A stretch of DNA of 64,000 nt, taken from the NCBI RefSeq assembly GCF_009914755.1, contig NC_060932.1, one strand, 5' to 3'. The stretch's first letter is position 1, and the number at the start of each line of letters is the position of its first letter. The position numbers were made by a program, and so were the translations under genes. The notes under the pieces are model-generated. The model had not been told where the DNA came from. It searched no databases and was given only the letters and a program-made list of their open reading frames with translations. Below are positions 12,922-35,584 of the stretch, piece by piece. This stretch comes from the human T2T-CHM13v2.0 reference genome, Homo sapiens.

Positions 12922-13175
12922 GATCCCTGTTCTTAAAGATCTTAGAGGCTGGATGACAGAGACAGCTGTAGAGAAAACTAAGTAGAATGAAACATTGTTT
13001 ATGTTGTTTATTGTTTATCTGGGGAGCTCTGCTGGACCCATATACAGAGTTGGGAGAGAGGGTAATCCTTTTCCTGGAGACCATTCCCAAATGTCAGTTG
13101 CACAGTATTAATCCATACCTGTGTTAATTGCAAACCTCTTATTGGGAAGCCTTTGGTGCAGACAGATAATCATAA
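12922..13175 (-). other. Two candidate small exons (13119-13175 and 12922-12965)
   Basis: gcacag|ttatg...acacag|gtatgg (57 nt, open, MIICLHQRLPNKRFAINT). ttttctctacag|ctgtc...atc|ttaagt, a probable G>T mutated donor. Confidence 0.4.
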
Positions 13176-13478
13176 CTGTGCAGTGTATACAATGCCTTCC
13201 AAAATGATCTCCAGTGTGTTCACAGAACAATTTCTACACAACTACCTTTGCAGGCAGGAGTCAACCAGGCTGGCAGTATTCCAGGCACTTAAGCAAAATG
13301 CCTTGAAAAACATTTTTAAAAAGAAGTTTTTCCAGGGTCATATTCCCCTTGATACTAAAGACCTTCAATATTTCAAGGAAATTATATCTCATCTGTTCTT
13401 AAGCCACTTTTTCCCCCACTGAAACCAGTTGTCTTGTTAAACTGTAATGCCCAGTAGCTCTTTCTTAGCACTCTAAGG

Positions 13479-13685
13479 CTGCATGGTCCAGGATGATAGA
13501 CACTAGTCATATATGGCTTTCTAAATGTAAATAATTAAATTTTAATAAAATTTACAAGTCAGTTCCTCAGTCATGCTCGCCACATTGAAAGTGCCCAGTA
13601 GCTGTACATGGCTAGTGGCTACCATGTTAGACATCACAGGCATAGTACACACTGTCATCAAGGAAATGTCTGTTACGCAGCTCTG
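13479..13685. mobile_element. MER3 hAT-Charlie MITE
   Basis: cagttcctcagtcatgctcgccacattgaaagtgcccagtagc...gtggctacc. Confidence 0.7.
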
Positions 13686-13702
13686 CTTAAAAGACAATTT
13701 TC

Positions 13703-13994
13703 TTTTTTTCTTTTTTTTTTTGGGACACTCTCTTGCCCAGACTGGAGTGCAGTGGCGTGATGTCGGCTCACCACAACCTCCGCCTCCCAGGCTCAAGTGG
13801 TTCTCCTGCCTCAGCCTCCTGAGCAGCTGGGAATATAGGCGTGTGCCACCACACCCGGCTAATTTTTGCATTTCTAGTAGAGATGGGGTTTCATCATGTT
13901 GGCCAGGCTGGTCTTGAACTCCTGACCTCAAATGATCCACCTGACGCGGCCTCCCAAAGTACTGGGATTACAGGCCTGAGCCACCGCACCCAGC
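13703..13994 (-). mobile_element. AluS
   Basis: Antisense Alu. Confidence 0.9.
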
Positions 13995-14679
13995 TGACAA
14001 CTTTCTTTTTATTTTTCCTTCTTCTTTTAATCAGAAAGCTACATTTTTCCATTTTAAAAGAATGCAATTTAAAGGAATACAATGAATACAATTGGGGGTG
14101 AACAAAATTCTTACAAAAATGCATATATCATAGGGAATAAGGAAAATGTCACAAAAACCTGATTTTTGAAGGCTTAAGGGGTCCAAAAGTTTTTTTTACC
14201 AGGAGAGTAAGGGTTTTCAGGCCTCCCAGCCTTTAAAAATAGAGTCTACAATTTTCAATCTTATTCTCCTTCCATGGGCGACCTGATTTTGGATTAAATC
14301 TTAGGACCTGTGAAGAAATTAGTCATGGTGTATTTTACGTACTATGCGCATTATCCCTAGCCCTTTTCTTACTTCAACAAATGTTGGCACCTTCCTTAAT
14401 TTATCTCAGTGGGTCTCAGTACGCTGGAGAGGAGCCAGAGGGAGCTTCAGTTGAGACGCACTCACTAGGGCAGGTGTTGGGGAGGAGGAGGGAGAGGGAG
14501 AAAGGAAGGGAGAGAGAGGATCTTAGGCAGACAGATAGGGCCCGAGGGAGGAGGAGAGGGCAAGGATGTATAAGGGCAATTTCCTTAACTTTACAAAGGA
14601 CTTACAAAGATGTAAACATATTTTTGCCTTCCTAGCCGTGTGAACTGTGGGTTTGGATAGGTGAAAGAAGAAAGAAACA

Positions 14680-15009
<330 letters not shown>

Positions 15010-16054
15010 TTATCTTGCTCTTTCTTTCAAACTTTGTTCTATGTGCAAGTATTACCTATTAAAATAATTGCATTTAAAATCATTAAATTTAAAACAGAGG
15101 GCATGAAAAGCCATTCCACTGTTAGCAACTCTTGAATTACTCAAAGTAAGTATAGACTTACTTCAAAAAATAAGCCATCTTATTTCTCCCCAGAGCTAGA
15201 AATCATCTCTCTTTCTTTCTGATGTATTCCTGTGACTTTTCCTATCTTCACAGCTATTGTGCACTTGATTTCATTTCCAAAGCTCTCTGATCCTGCTGTT
15301 TGCTTCTCCACTGTGTTACAGCTGGGGCTGAACAATGGACCTGCCCAGTGCTGTTAGCATTACATTTTCATACAATGTCTCCCTGCCAGCATTGAGCAAC
15401 ACTTGGCTTGGTAAATCTTGTGGTATGATACTTATCAGGTGTTCCTTAACTGTAGCTGCCAGAATACCAGCAAAGTCTAACAGCAACACACCTTCTATAT
15501 GTTAAATTTCTAATTTCTAAAGTTTTAATTTCTTGGAACTATGGTTGATGCAACAGTGCCCCAATAAAGTAAAAGAATTTATACAGTACTCTAGCTTCTA
15601 TGCCTCTTTTGGGAGCCCTTCAAGTAGTCTTTTGATCCATTTTTCACTTTACATTTCCTAAAAGTAAGCCAGACTTATTTAGTGAAGGACTTCAAGATTT
15701 TCTAATCTTGTAAATGAACCAATTGCTATTGTAGACATAATAATGACTGAGTAACATCAAAATAAGAAAGCTCAACTTTGGCAAATAAATCCATTATTTT
15801 CCAAACTATGGGAAATTTCTGATGAATAGCTTGTGAGAAACCAAAGCCATGAACTTATATATAAAGATGCTACTTGAATTAATCCCAGCTATACATAAAT
15901 ATGCCATTACCGAAATTTTACTTCTCACAAGGGACAGGAAATTAGAAAGAAAGAGAAGTGCTTAGATGTTTAGACTTAACTAGAGATTTACTCAAGACAA
16001 ACCATGGGTAGAATGGTTGAAGGACGCGAACCTTGGGATGACAGTTTCTACAAA

Positions 16055-16851
<797 letters not shown>

Positions 16852-17674
16852 TCCCCAATATCATTACACCTGAGAGAAGAAACATTCATTCCACAATCTT
16901 ATCTAATCTATGATTCATATTTTAAATTCTTCACTTGTCTTCCAAATGTCCTTTCAAGCTGCTATTTTTTCCAATTCAGAACCCAATCAAGGTTTACCCA
17001 TTACCTGTGGCTGTACCTTCTCTTAAGTCATGTTGCCTGGAAAATTTACTAATGAGACTGTAGTGACCACCTACATGAGCCAAGTTCTCTGTGATTTTGC
17101 AACAGAAAGGCTCACAGCCAATGTAAGATGCTCGAGTCACCTGGTTTAGTCAATTAAAACATACCACAAACAACAAGGTGACACACCACCTGAGTCCTGG
17201 GTCAGGCTTCACCTTTCTGGCTGATGGTGTGGATCAGAAATGGGGTTTCAGCCAGCAGGCACCACAGTGGGAGATTTCCAGAGAGACCTGGGCCAAACTG
17301 CTCTGGCAACAGCGGAGGCTGGCCAGTTAGCCAGATGCGCAGTTAGCCTAGGGATGAACATCACCAATGAAGGGCCGAATTTAAGACCTGATGGATATTG
17401 GGTGCCTGATGTACCCCTTCTGTATATTTAGCAGGAACATCCAGTGCTTTTGGGGTTTCCATCTTTTTCTATCTGTGCACATTTGGGCTGCATTTAGTCT
17501 TCAGGCATGTTCTCAGAGGTTACTAACTTATTTATCTTACTTGGCATCTCTTATGGATTCTTCCTGGGCTGCACAAGCTTCTTCCTTCTTCAGTTACTTT
17601 CTCTACCCTCCTTAGGTGCTTTCTTGTGTCTATAATAGATCAACATTCTCAAGTAATACGGCATACACACATGA

Positions 17675-18004
<330 letters not shown>

Positions 18005-18306
18005 TAATCTAGAGCAGTTCCCTCTCCCTTGGGTTTTCCTTGCGTTGAATTTTTGAGGGTCTAGAGCAGCTATCCTGTAGAATATTCCATATTCTGGATT
18101 TTTGATTTGTCTGATCATTTCTTTTTGAATAAATTCAGGGTTAAATATTTTGGCAAGTATTCTTCATAGGTGCATCACACCAAGTGGCACATAATGTGAA
18201 GCTGTCCCATGACAGTGAATTTTTTTCACTTCGTTAAAGCTGTCACTGTCAATCACTCTATAGTGAAGACAAAATTTCCCTATTGCATTAATAGGGAGAT
18301 TTGTAG

Positions 18307-18607
<301 letters not shown>

Positions 18608-18619
18608 AGGGTGCCACTT

Positions 18620-19600
18620 TTAAGCTTTATAAATAACCTATTAATGGAATTGGGCGTGCTGGTCAAAGTGTATAATTTTGTTAGATATTGCAAAATTCCC
18701 TTTTATATGGTTAGTGCTGTTTTCTACTCCCACCCTCAATTTAATAGCAGGCTTATCTTTCCGTATGCTTACAAAGACAGTGCATTTTCAAACTTAAAGT
18801 TTTTAGGAATGTGATAGGTTAGACATGGAATCTCAGGGTGCATTTTACTTATGAATTAAGTTGAGCATGTTTTATTTTTATTTTTTTGAGACAGAGTCTT
18901 GCTGTGTCACTCAGGCTGTAATGCAGCCGTGCAATATTGGCTCACTGCAGCCTCGACCTCCTGGGCTCAAGTGATCCTCCCATCTCAGCCTCTCTAGTAG
19001 CTGGGACTATAGGTGTGCGCCACCACACCCGGCTAATTTTTGTACTTTTTGTAGAGACGGGGTTTTGCCATGTTAGCTAGGCTGGTCTCAAACTCTGAGC
19101 CTCAAGTGATCTGCTTGCCTTGGCCTCCCAGAGTGCTGTGATTACAGGCATGAGCCACTGCACCCAGCTTGAGCGTATTTTAATATGGTCAAGTGCCATT
19201 ATCTTTCTCTGTGAACTGCTATTCTTGTCTTTTTTCTATAAACTTTTAACTTTTCCCCTCGATATTTAAAGTGCATTGTAAATCAGAGAGATTATCCCTT
19301 TATCTGGGATATAAACTGCACATACTCTCTCCTAGGTTGTCATTGCCTGGTAATATTCCTTGTGGGGATTTGTTGTCATCATTATTATGGAAAAGTTTTA
19401 AAATTTTTACGACGTCAAATTCATGAAACTTTACTGTTATTGCTTTTTGATTTTTTTATGAGACATGGTTTAAAGGCTGCCCTACATCTAGTTTATAAAG
19501 GAATTCACCAGTTTAAGTGTTTTGTATTATTGCATTTCCTACATTTGTATTTCTTATCCATTTGGAGCTTATTTTGGTGTAAGGCCTGAGGAAATTTAAT
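18620..19600 (-). mobile_element. Old L1ME-like fragment containing an AluJ (18870-19168, -)
   Basis: Degenerate antisense L1 3' motifs around an Alu with TSD tgagc(a/g)t. Confidence 0.6.
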
Positions 19601-19620
19601 TTCTAAATGAAATCATACTA

Positions 19621-21170
<1,550 letters not shown>

Positions 21171-21590
21171 CTTGTGTATCCAGATAGCTCCTGCCTTTCC
21201 TTCAAGCCCCTGCCTGGAAATTGTTGGATTATCTAAAAGGGTGCCTCCTACTCTTAAGAAAAACATTTTTATTCTCGGATATTGTAAGGTTCCTGAAAAA
21301 GTGTGAGTTGGCTATCCGGTTCTTTTCTTTTTCAGTAGGTAGAAATGAGCAGATGCAGTTTATATGGTATCTTGGATTTTTGCTTTCGTAAGCTAAATAG
21401 ATTTGCAATCTAAGAGATTTCAGGATAGCAGAATACTATTAACAATTATAGCTGCTGGGGAGAGGGGAGGGTAGGACAACATTCCAAATAGGATGCTGGA
21501 AAAACATCCTATTTTAAAAGTTCTGTTTTGCTTGAAATTTTGCAAAAGCATGATTATTTTTCTATGAGAATAACTAAAAAGGGTGACTGA

Positions 21591-21882
21591 GGCCAGATGT
21601 GACGGCTCATGCCTGTAATCTCCCAGCACTTTGGGAGGCTAAGGCGGCGGATCACTTGAGCCCAGGAGTTCGAGACCAGCTTGGGCAACATGGCGAAATC
21701 CTGTCTCTACAAAAAATACAAATTAGCCAGGTGTGGTGGTGCATACCTGTGGTTCCAGTTACTTGGGAGGCTGAGGTGGGAGAATCACGAGCACAGGAGG
21801 TCAAGGCTGCAGTGAGCCGTAATCACACCATTGCACTCCAGTCTGGGTGACAGAGGGAGATGCAGGTCTCAAAAAAAAAAAG
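21591..21882 (+). mobile_element. AluJ
   Basis: Alu dimer. Confidence 0.9.
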
Positions 21883-22405
21883 TGACCGAATCTGTTTTAT
21901 TAGTGGAGAATAACATAATGACATGTCTTATGGTCACTTAAACCTTTAATTTTTACAACCATTTAACCATTTTTAAATTCTCAGAATTACTTAACCATAT
22001 GTGTTTCATCCCCATTTGATAGATGGAGAGATTGACACACAAAACAGCCAGTAACTTGTCTTAAGACATCAAATTAGTGATGAAGCCAGAACTAGAACTT
22101 GGGTCTTCTGTATTCTAGCTGAATTACACATTTTCCTAGATCCCACTGATCTTCAGGTGTTCATTAAATTCTTCACCTAAGAAGAAAACAATCGCAGGAA
22201 TTTTAAAGTTCCTGGAAGTTATTTGGAATGAACACCTTCCCTCCTCCACAGTGTCCTGTCCAAATTTAGACTATATGAGTAAAATTTATTAACATATTTT
22301 TACTCTGTGCTTTAATGCAATTGTTAAAATTTTCCTGTACTTTCAAAAGTGATTTCTGGTTTGCCATTTATCATCACCAAGATGTAAAAGTAAAAAGATT
22401 TTTAG

Positions 22406-22737
<332 letters not shown>

Positions 22738-22984
22738 TTAAATAGCCAAACCAAAATATAAAAGGTTATAAAAATCCTATATAATCTGTATGCATTTTTG
22801 AATAGAGAATCGGAGGCAGATATACATTTCATGCTGATTTGTTGGATGTAGATTTCTGGTTCCAGGTATGTGTTAGCCTGAGTCCTGGGCTGGCTGAGAA
22901 CACAGGCATAAGGTGTGTTGTGTACCTGTCATAGATTGATTTCTTAGGTAGTCAAAAGCCACACGCTGAGAAACCGGAAATAAT

Positions 22985-23165
22985 ACCTCACATACAGAAT
23001 GCCAGGCTTGCTTCTAAGCGCTTAGTATATAGTCACCTAATTCATCTTCCAACAAAGCTAGGCACTATTATTATTCTTATTTGATAGATGGGGAACTGTG
23101 GCCTAGAGTGAGGAAGTGACATGTCACTGCACACAGCCTGGGAGTCCTGCTCTCAATCACCTCAC
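22985..23165. mobile_element. MIR
   Basis: attattattcttatttgatagatggggaactgtggcctagag (MIR core). Confidence 0.65.
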
Positions 23166-23199
23166 TCTATCACCTCCACAAGGTTGACACAAATTTCTG

Positions 23200-24743
23200 T
23201 TATTTTGGATAGTTCTCTCATAATTAATTTCAAGCTTTTGTTTGGCTTCACAGTTTGGGCAGTGTCGCCTGCATCTCGGGGGTCAGTGCACAGTTGAGCA
23301 TTCCAAAGCGATGCTGACTCTGTGTTGTTGCCTCTCTTGGTAATCAGTGACTTTTAGTGCCTGGTTTATTTTCATTCACTCAGAAGTCAAATTTCAAATA
23401 TGCTAAGTTGATAAGATGCTACATGAAAGGAGGCTGTTTGGATGGTTTCAAATCTGCAAGCTATGAGTCCTGCCACCGCCCCCAACTCCAAAAATGTCCC
23501 CAACACTGGGAAGGTGCTCCCAGTGAGGGCCCACTCAGATGCAAATTTCTGGCTTCTAGTTAGTTTGTTTTGCATCTATCACCCAGCCTTGAGTCTCCGG
23601 AAGGACCCTCCACTGCCAAAGACAAAGCACTTCACATTCACACCCATGAGCTAGTGATGAAGGCAGGATAAGAGGCCCTTTCAGGATGAGATATGGGGCA
23701 GGGTCTCAGACCACACATTTCTGGAGGCCTTGTTTTGTATAAGGCAATTGCAAAGAGCAGTCTCCTCTCAGTAAAGGGTGGCAGACTTCTTAAATCCTGC
23801 TAATGGAGTTTGACAATGAGGGGATTAGGCTTGAATCTGGGCAAAGTGGAAGAGGCTGGCTAGAGAGGACACTGGGTTTTCCTTGATTCCAAGCAGGTGT
23901 AGAATGCCTAAGAGGAAACCTGTTTGTTTCCTCAACCAAGATGTCCCTAACCTGGTTCCCTCTATTTTGGGTTGAGGAAACACCAGGTCTATTTTGGGTC
24001 ACCCAGACTAATATTAATCATTTAAGACTTCTGTTCAAAGCCTCCAAGGTCACTTTGCTAAATTTCAAGTCTCTGCCTGATTTCACTGCCTAAGGTGTTT
24101 GACCATAGGGGAAGAACTGAAATTTTTTTTCTGGCTCTGCCTTTAGAGAAATCCAAATTCATCATTCTTAGGGATTGTGGCACCAATGTCCAGGACGACA
24201 GCCCACAGGGGCCCTGGTTTCTCCCACTCTCAGTCCTCAATGCCTGGCAAACTGGCGAACTCAGAATGTTAAGAAATGTGAGCTACTGAAATACAGAACT
24301 TGAGAAATGATCCCAGGGAACATGACTCACTGTGTGACTGGTTTCAGCGGTTGCTCTGTGGAAACTGCTCCATCTGTTCCAGCTACAGTGGTTTCCTGCT
24401 GTGTCCCGTTGCCTGGCACTCAACACTCTGTGAGGCATGGTCACCACTGCTGGCCAGAGAGGGAGCCCGGGCCTCCCACCCCACACAGAGTGGACCTCCG
24501 CCATCTTGGAAGTTGGGTGTTTGCTTTTGGCCTGATTTAGTTGGCCTCAGTGAGATGTTTCTTAGCAGTGTAGGGATTGGGCATTTGCTATAAGAATTGC
24601 TGTCATGTTGAGTGTGTGTATGTGTAGGAAATGGGGAGAAAGTTTCATTTTTCAGAGCCTTTGTACTTCTCATCAACTCCATCTTATCCACACTTAGATG
24701 TCATTTGTTTTGCTAGCTGAGCCCCTAGAAGCTGATGGGCCTC
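23200..24743 (-). other. Repeat-free block beginning at a phase-0 acceptor; possible large degenerate exon or exons
   Basis: gtttag|EAHQLLGAQLAKQMTSK, then a +1 shift into VDKMELMRSTKALKNETFSPF... The 3' end is not resolved. Confidence 0.35.
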
Positions 24744-24906
24744 CTAAACTCAGTTGTAAGTCAAAAGTTGTTATTTTGAAACTAAGTCCTGAAATTACTC
24801 TTAAATAGAGGTATTTCACATTTCCCACAAATGTTAATAGGACTGGTTTAAGTGGAGAAGAAATGCAGTTACATTTGTCTGCCAAATAACTCTTGGGAAT
24901 CACTGA

Positions 24907-25560
<654 letters not shown>

Positions 25561-25699
25561 TTAGTAGGTTTTAAAATTTTAATTATGGATTTACAGAGAT
25601 AGAAGAGAAGACAGGTGAGCAGGGGGCAGTGAGCAGGTCACCACTGTGCATGATGACACTCTGGCTGCCTCCACCTGCTGCCCATCTTGAAGCGCCTAC

Positions 25700-25855
25700 C
25701 TCGTGAGACTCTCCAGCCTTTCGTCTTTGCCAGTCCAAATCCTCCTCAAAGGCTTCCTCTAGTTTGTATCTTTTAAAATGCAAATTGTTTTCATGCTGCA
25801 GTCTCTTGAGTTCTTTTACTCTTCTCCTTTCTTGGTCCATAATAGGAGAAGCTTT
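25700..25855 (-). other. Candidate 156-nt coding exon, charged helix: KASPIMDQERRRVKELKRLQHENNLHFKRYKLEEAFEEDLDWQRRKAGESHE
   Basis: ttttacttatgatag|...cacgag|gtaggc. Exactly 52 open codons, phase 0 to 0, coiled-coil-like composition. Confidence 0.7.
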
Positions 25856-25902
25856 CTATCATAAGTAAAATTAGATTTTAGTCTTGTAAAAGTTATATTT
25901 GT

Positions 25903-26511
<609 letters not shown>

Positions 26512-26599
26512 CTATAATGTCAATTGCCCCCTCTATCCATTAGGATTTAAGCATGATTAAGTTTTTCCCAACTTAAAAAAAAAACAACAAGAATCCCTC

Positions 26600-28260
<1,661 letters not shown>

Positions 28261-29227
28261 CCCCAGGACTAGCCATGTAAGTCTTTGAGGAGTGATCAAA
28301 AAAGTCATTAGCTGCAAAAGCCTTTTTTTATAGATGTTTTTTCTTTCTATCTGTTACTTTCTTCTCTCTCTCTCTCTTTTTTTTTTTTTTTGGTTATCCT
28401 TCCTACTAAACTGTATGTTCCCTGAAGGGTATAGAAAGCATACTGAGTGAGTGCTTGTAGAATGGATAAAAAAAAGTGTGAAAAGTGAGATTTGAATCAG
28501 TGAAAAATGAATGGAATTTGTAAGCAATAGAATACACTGAAAACATCCCAGGGGTCTAATGAGTGGGCTTAAATCCTGTGTAGGGATTTGGATTGCAGAA
28601 GAGAAAGAAAGTATACATGTGACTCTAAGAAGCCAGTGCATTTGGGAACCAGGCAAAAAAAAGATCTTGCTTCCCCCATGATGAGGACAGTTCTAGTTTG
28701 GATGGGAGTGTTGGGGGTGGGTTGATAGGAGCTAGAGATGGACACCAAGCTAATTTGTGAATGGACCTGTGCCAAGCAGAGCTGAGGAGTTTCAATTTGT
28801 GATTATTTCAGTTGTAGATGGTTGTACTTCAAGAAACTTCCACAATGTGTTAGAAAATGTTTTCACTTTGAACACTAGCAGATAAATATTCTGCTAATGG
28901 GTAAATATTCTAAAAATGATGTAGTAGAAGATGAATGGAGAAAAAGACGCGATTTCAGAAGCTTTATCTTAAGCAGATAGTTCTGTCCCTCTAACTGGTA
29001 ACAGAAGTATACTACCGAAGTGGCAGGATGAATTAGGGCTCAGAGAGGAGAAGAAAGGGAGAGAAAAGAGAGAGTCCAAGGACGTTGCGAATAAAATTCC
29101 AAATGCCCTGCTCCCAGAGCTCTGGAAGGAAAGCTGTTCTTGCCCTCTGGCTAATGCAGGATTTAAGCTGATCTGGGTCAGTGCTGGTAAGCGCCATCAT
29201 TTTGGGGGTCTCCTTTGGGAGACTTAC

Positions 29228-29332
29228 TAAAAGTATCCTCTCTTGCATTCTAGACGGTCTTCTGAGGGTTATGTCCTCTGTATCTGTGATGTCGTCGGAG
29301 CCTGAACTCTGGATCCATATTTTAACATAGAG
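29228..29332 (-). other. Candidate 105-nt exon, LYVKIWIQSSGSDDITDTEDITLRRPSRMQERILL
   Basis: ctttgttag|...ctttta|gtaagt. 35 open codons, phase 0 to 0 into exon 25700-25855. An alternative in-frame acceptor lies at 29308. Confidence 0.6.
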
Positions 29333-29706
29333 CTAACAAAGCCCTTTACCTCTGATGACTTGTTTTGTTTTGTGTTTAGCAGGTGTCAAAAATTTCCAAA
29401 ACAAAAGATATATTATTTGTTACTTCAGTAAACAAACAACACCCCCTATGATCACTTGATTTTTTGACTTGTTTTTGTGCTTACCAATAACCCTCTTCAC
29501 AGCAATTTTAATATGCCTTCTGCTTTCCTACTTTAAAGGAAGGGCAGAGATGTTTAGATTAGCCTTGGGGTAAAATTCTAAGGTGTCCGATAACTTGAGG
29601 GATCTTCTTTTTTTTTTTTTTCTTCTGGGTAACAGAGGTGTTGTTTTACCTTTTTTGGGTTATGGTCCAGTATTGCTTGAACTATTTTTTAAAACAAAAT
29701 TTCTTA

Positions 29707-30020
<314 letters not shown>

Positions 30021-30029
30021 TCTTTTCTG

Positions 30030-32730
<2,701 letters not shown>

Positions 32731-32886
32731 TTCTACTTTTAACTTTCCATTGTATAACTAGCTAAATTACTTCACAGAATGGATTGAAAGCTGATATATG
32801 GCTGTCTTTTTTTGTTAGAGGTTTTAGAGAGTTATTTTTGAAAGTGTTCTAAAATATAAATTTAATCACTATGCTATGTAAGCATA

Positions 32887-34413
32887 CAGTAAGATCTCAA
32901 AGTCATCAATAGGTTCTTGGAACCTGCAACTTTAAGTGAAATGATGTATAATGAGATCAGTGTTACTTGATATAAAATTTTAATTTTAGTATCAATATAA
33001 ATTTTAATTGATATAACCAAGAGTTAAGTTCCTATGGCATATTTCTAGCCACAAGAACATCACCAAACTTCTAAAGAAAGACCCCAAGCACTTTTAATAT
33101 TAAACAATGAAATAAATGTGAGCTATAAGTAAATTTAAGAAAGATTAATAAAAACAAGAAAGATAATTATTTACCCAATTATTGGTGAATCAGTGAGTGA
33201 TAGTCGTCATAGTTATGGTGAGTTAAATCAAGGAATAAATGTTTGCAAAGTGAAATTATAAGAAGCACCTCCTCCCACCACACAGTTCAAAAACCATCAC
33301 AAACATGGCGGGCTTGTTGAATGATTTCGTTTCACATCGTTTGTGTGATTATTGTAGACTTTACACATTTTTATTTTATAATCATTTGGATTCATTCATT
33401 CATTCATTTATTCCAGCTCACGGTGCAGCCAGAGCTTGGCCTGGCAGCTCATGGTTCAAGACAGAAACCAGCCCAGGTCAGGATGCCATCCCTTCTCAGG
33501 GAGAACTCACACACTCCCAGGCGCACACCCACTCACTCCCCACACACTCTCACACTCTAACCCACACACACTCCCACACAATCCCACAGTCACCCTCCCA
33601 CACACACTGCAACACACTCATTCATACTTACATCCACACTCATTCCCACACCCACATGCACATTCACACACACTTCTACCCTCCCACACTCCTACTCTCA
33701 CACTCACTCCCATACTCACTCCCACACTCCCACACTCACACTCACTCCCACACCCACATACACACTCCCACATTCACACACACTTCTCCACTCCCACACT
33801 CTTACTCCCACACTCACTCCCATACTCACTCCCACACTCACACTCACTCCCACACCCACATGCACACTCCCACATTCGCACACTTCTACACTCCCACACA
33901 CTCATTCCCACACCCACACTCACTCCCACGCTCACACTCCCACAATCACACTCCCACACGCACACTCACTCCCACACACTCCCACACTCACCTCACTCCC
34001 ACAATCACAGTTCCACACCTACAATCACTTCCACACTCTCACTCCCACACACTCTCACCCTCACTCCCACACTCACACTCACTCCCACACACTCACACAC
34101 TCCCACACCCACACTCACTCCCACACTCACACTCACTCACACACTCCCACACTCACACTCCCACATTAACACACTCCTACACTCCCACACACTTCCACAC
34201 TCACACACCCCCACACTCACACTCACACTCATACTGGGACCGTTTAGACACGCCAATGAACCTTTGGGACATGGTAGGAAACTAGAGAACCCAAAAACTC
34301 CCCGCAGATGTGGGGAGACCGTGCAACCTTCACACAGACAGCGGCCCCTGCAGGAATAGATTATTTTTTCTCATCAACGATATAACAAAATGGCATTACT
34401 CGAGGACCTGCTG
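32887..34413 (-). mobile_element. MER6 (TcMar-Tigger) with internal repeat expansion
   Basis: Ends cagtaag... and ...cgaggacctgctg flanked by TA on both sides, with internal MER6 motifs. Confidence 0.8.
33507..34232 (+). repeat. CA-rich low-complexity repeat, (CACACT/CCCACA/CTCA)n
   Basis: About 720 bp of nearly G-free imperfect repeats. Confidence 0.95.
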
Positions 34414-35246
34414 TATATGGTTTGATGAGTCAAGTCTTTACAATGCAAGTTTGTTCAGTTGGTGTGTAACTTCTTTACGATCTGAAAATTCTAAAGAATA
34501 AATTTTTAGGGATGCAATCAAATGTGATTAATTTACTATCTATTGGACACTTGCTATGGAAATGGAGTAGAAAAAAATAATATACAAATTATTGTCATCC
34601 AAGTTTTAAACTAATATGCCTATATATTACTTTTATTGTAAGTTTAAAGAACCGTAAAATAATGATCCCGAATAAAGCTAATAGAGAAAGTATCTTCTTA
34701 TAGAAATTTAGGTGGAAAGCTTTTTATTTAACCATGTAGGTTTTTTTTTTAAAACACAACTGCCATGAAAGGACAGCAATTCATTTTATATTCTAATTCT
34801 AATTTGTATTCTTAAAATAAGAATATTAAATTCAAGGAAAAGTTTCTTTTCCTGAGCCGTTTTTGGATGGTCCTGAACTCCTGCCGTCTCTGCCCTCTGG
34901 CATTGCCTGAGTTTCCGTGGTAAGGCAGGTTAATCTTTGCAGCTACTGCAAAGAGCGCAGGGAACTCATCTGTCTTTCATTGTCAAGTAGGTCGTTCCTT
35001 AGTCCTCTCTGGGATTTGGGCTGGGTAAGAATGATTTATGCGAGTAGGTAATTTTATTCACATCTCTTTATTGTTTTAGAAAGCTGAAGTTGAGTAATGA
35101 TGTAACCTTTAACATCAGCAGGCTTATTTAACCCTACATTTGGTTTATTTAAGTTAATACCATCCGGTAGTTGCCTATTTTGATTTTCCCGAATCTTTGA
35201 ACTTTGCACCCTCTTTATTCTTGATAAACCCAGGGTCTGCCCTTAC

Positions 35247-35311
35247 CATCCTGCTTGGTCTCTTTTGGGACTTGCCAATTACACGTCTGCTTTGGTTTAG
35301 AAAAATCGTTC
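35247..35311 (-). other. Candidate 65-nt exon, RTIFLNQSRRVIGKSQKRPSRM
   Basis: tttttttaaatgcacag|...ggatg|gtaagg. Phase 1 to 0; a second frame is also open. Confidence 0.55.
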
Positions 35312-35570
35312 CTGTGCATTTAAAAAAACCTCCACCCAGCGATTCCTGATATAATCACAGAGTAGACTGCTTGAAACGGCCAGTTGCAGGATAAAGGAAA
35401 GATAAATCAGTGGGAGTTGTGTCTCCCTGTCATGAAATCTGGTTTTTGACCCTAAGGGTTAGGAAGCCTGATAATCACCTCCTGCTTTGGGCTTGGTCCT
35501 GAGCTCCCCTCGGAGGACGTCGGTGCCCAGGCTGTTCCGTTTGGGTGGCCAGCTTGCTTTGGCCCAGGGG

Positions 35571-35584
35571 GTTCTCATGGCAAC
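35571..35584. promoter_or_regulatory. RFX X-box-like palindrome GTTCTCATGGCAAC
   Basis: One mismatch to GTTNCCATGGNAAC, in a locally CpG-retaining unique segment. Confidence 0.4.

Noticed and set aside
15161-15476. Possible minus-strand exon ending gaa|gtaagt
   Set aside because: Stops in all frames and no phase support. It may be a decayed exon but cannot be supported from the sequence alone.
21250-22176. Candidate exons at 22147-22176 (GEEFNEHLKI) and from 21409
   Set aside because: Good acceptors but weak donors and inconsistent phases; left unresolved.
33305-34359. 326-aa and 307-aa His/Thr/Ser/Pro-rich ORFs, the longest in the window
   Set aside because: They arise from the nearly G-free CA-rich repeat inside MER6, which rarely forms stop codons. 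No gene context.
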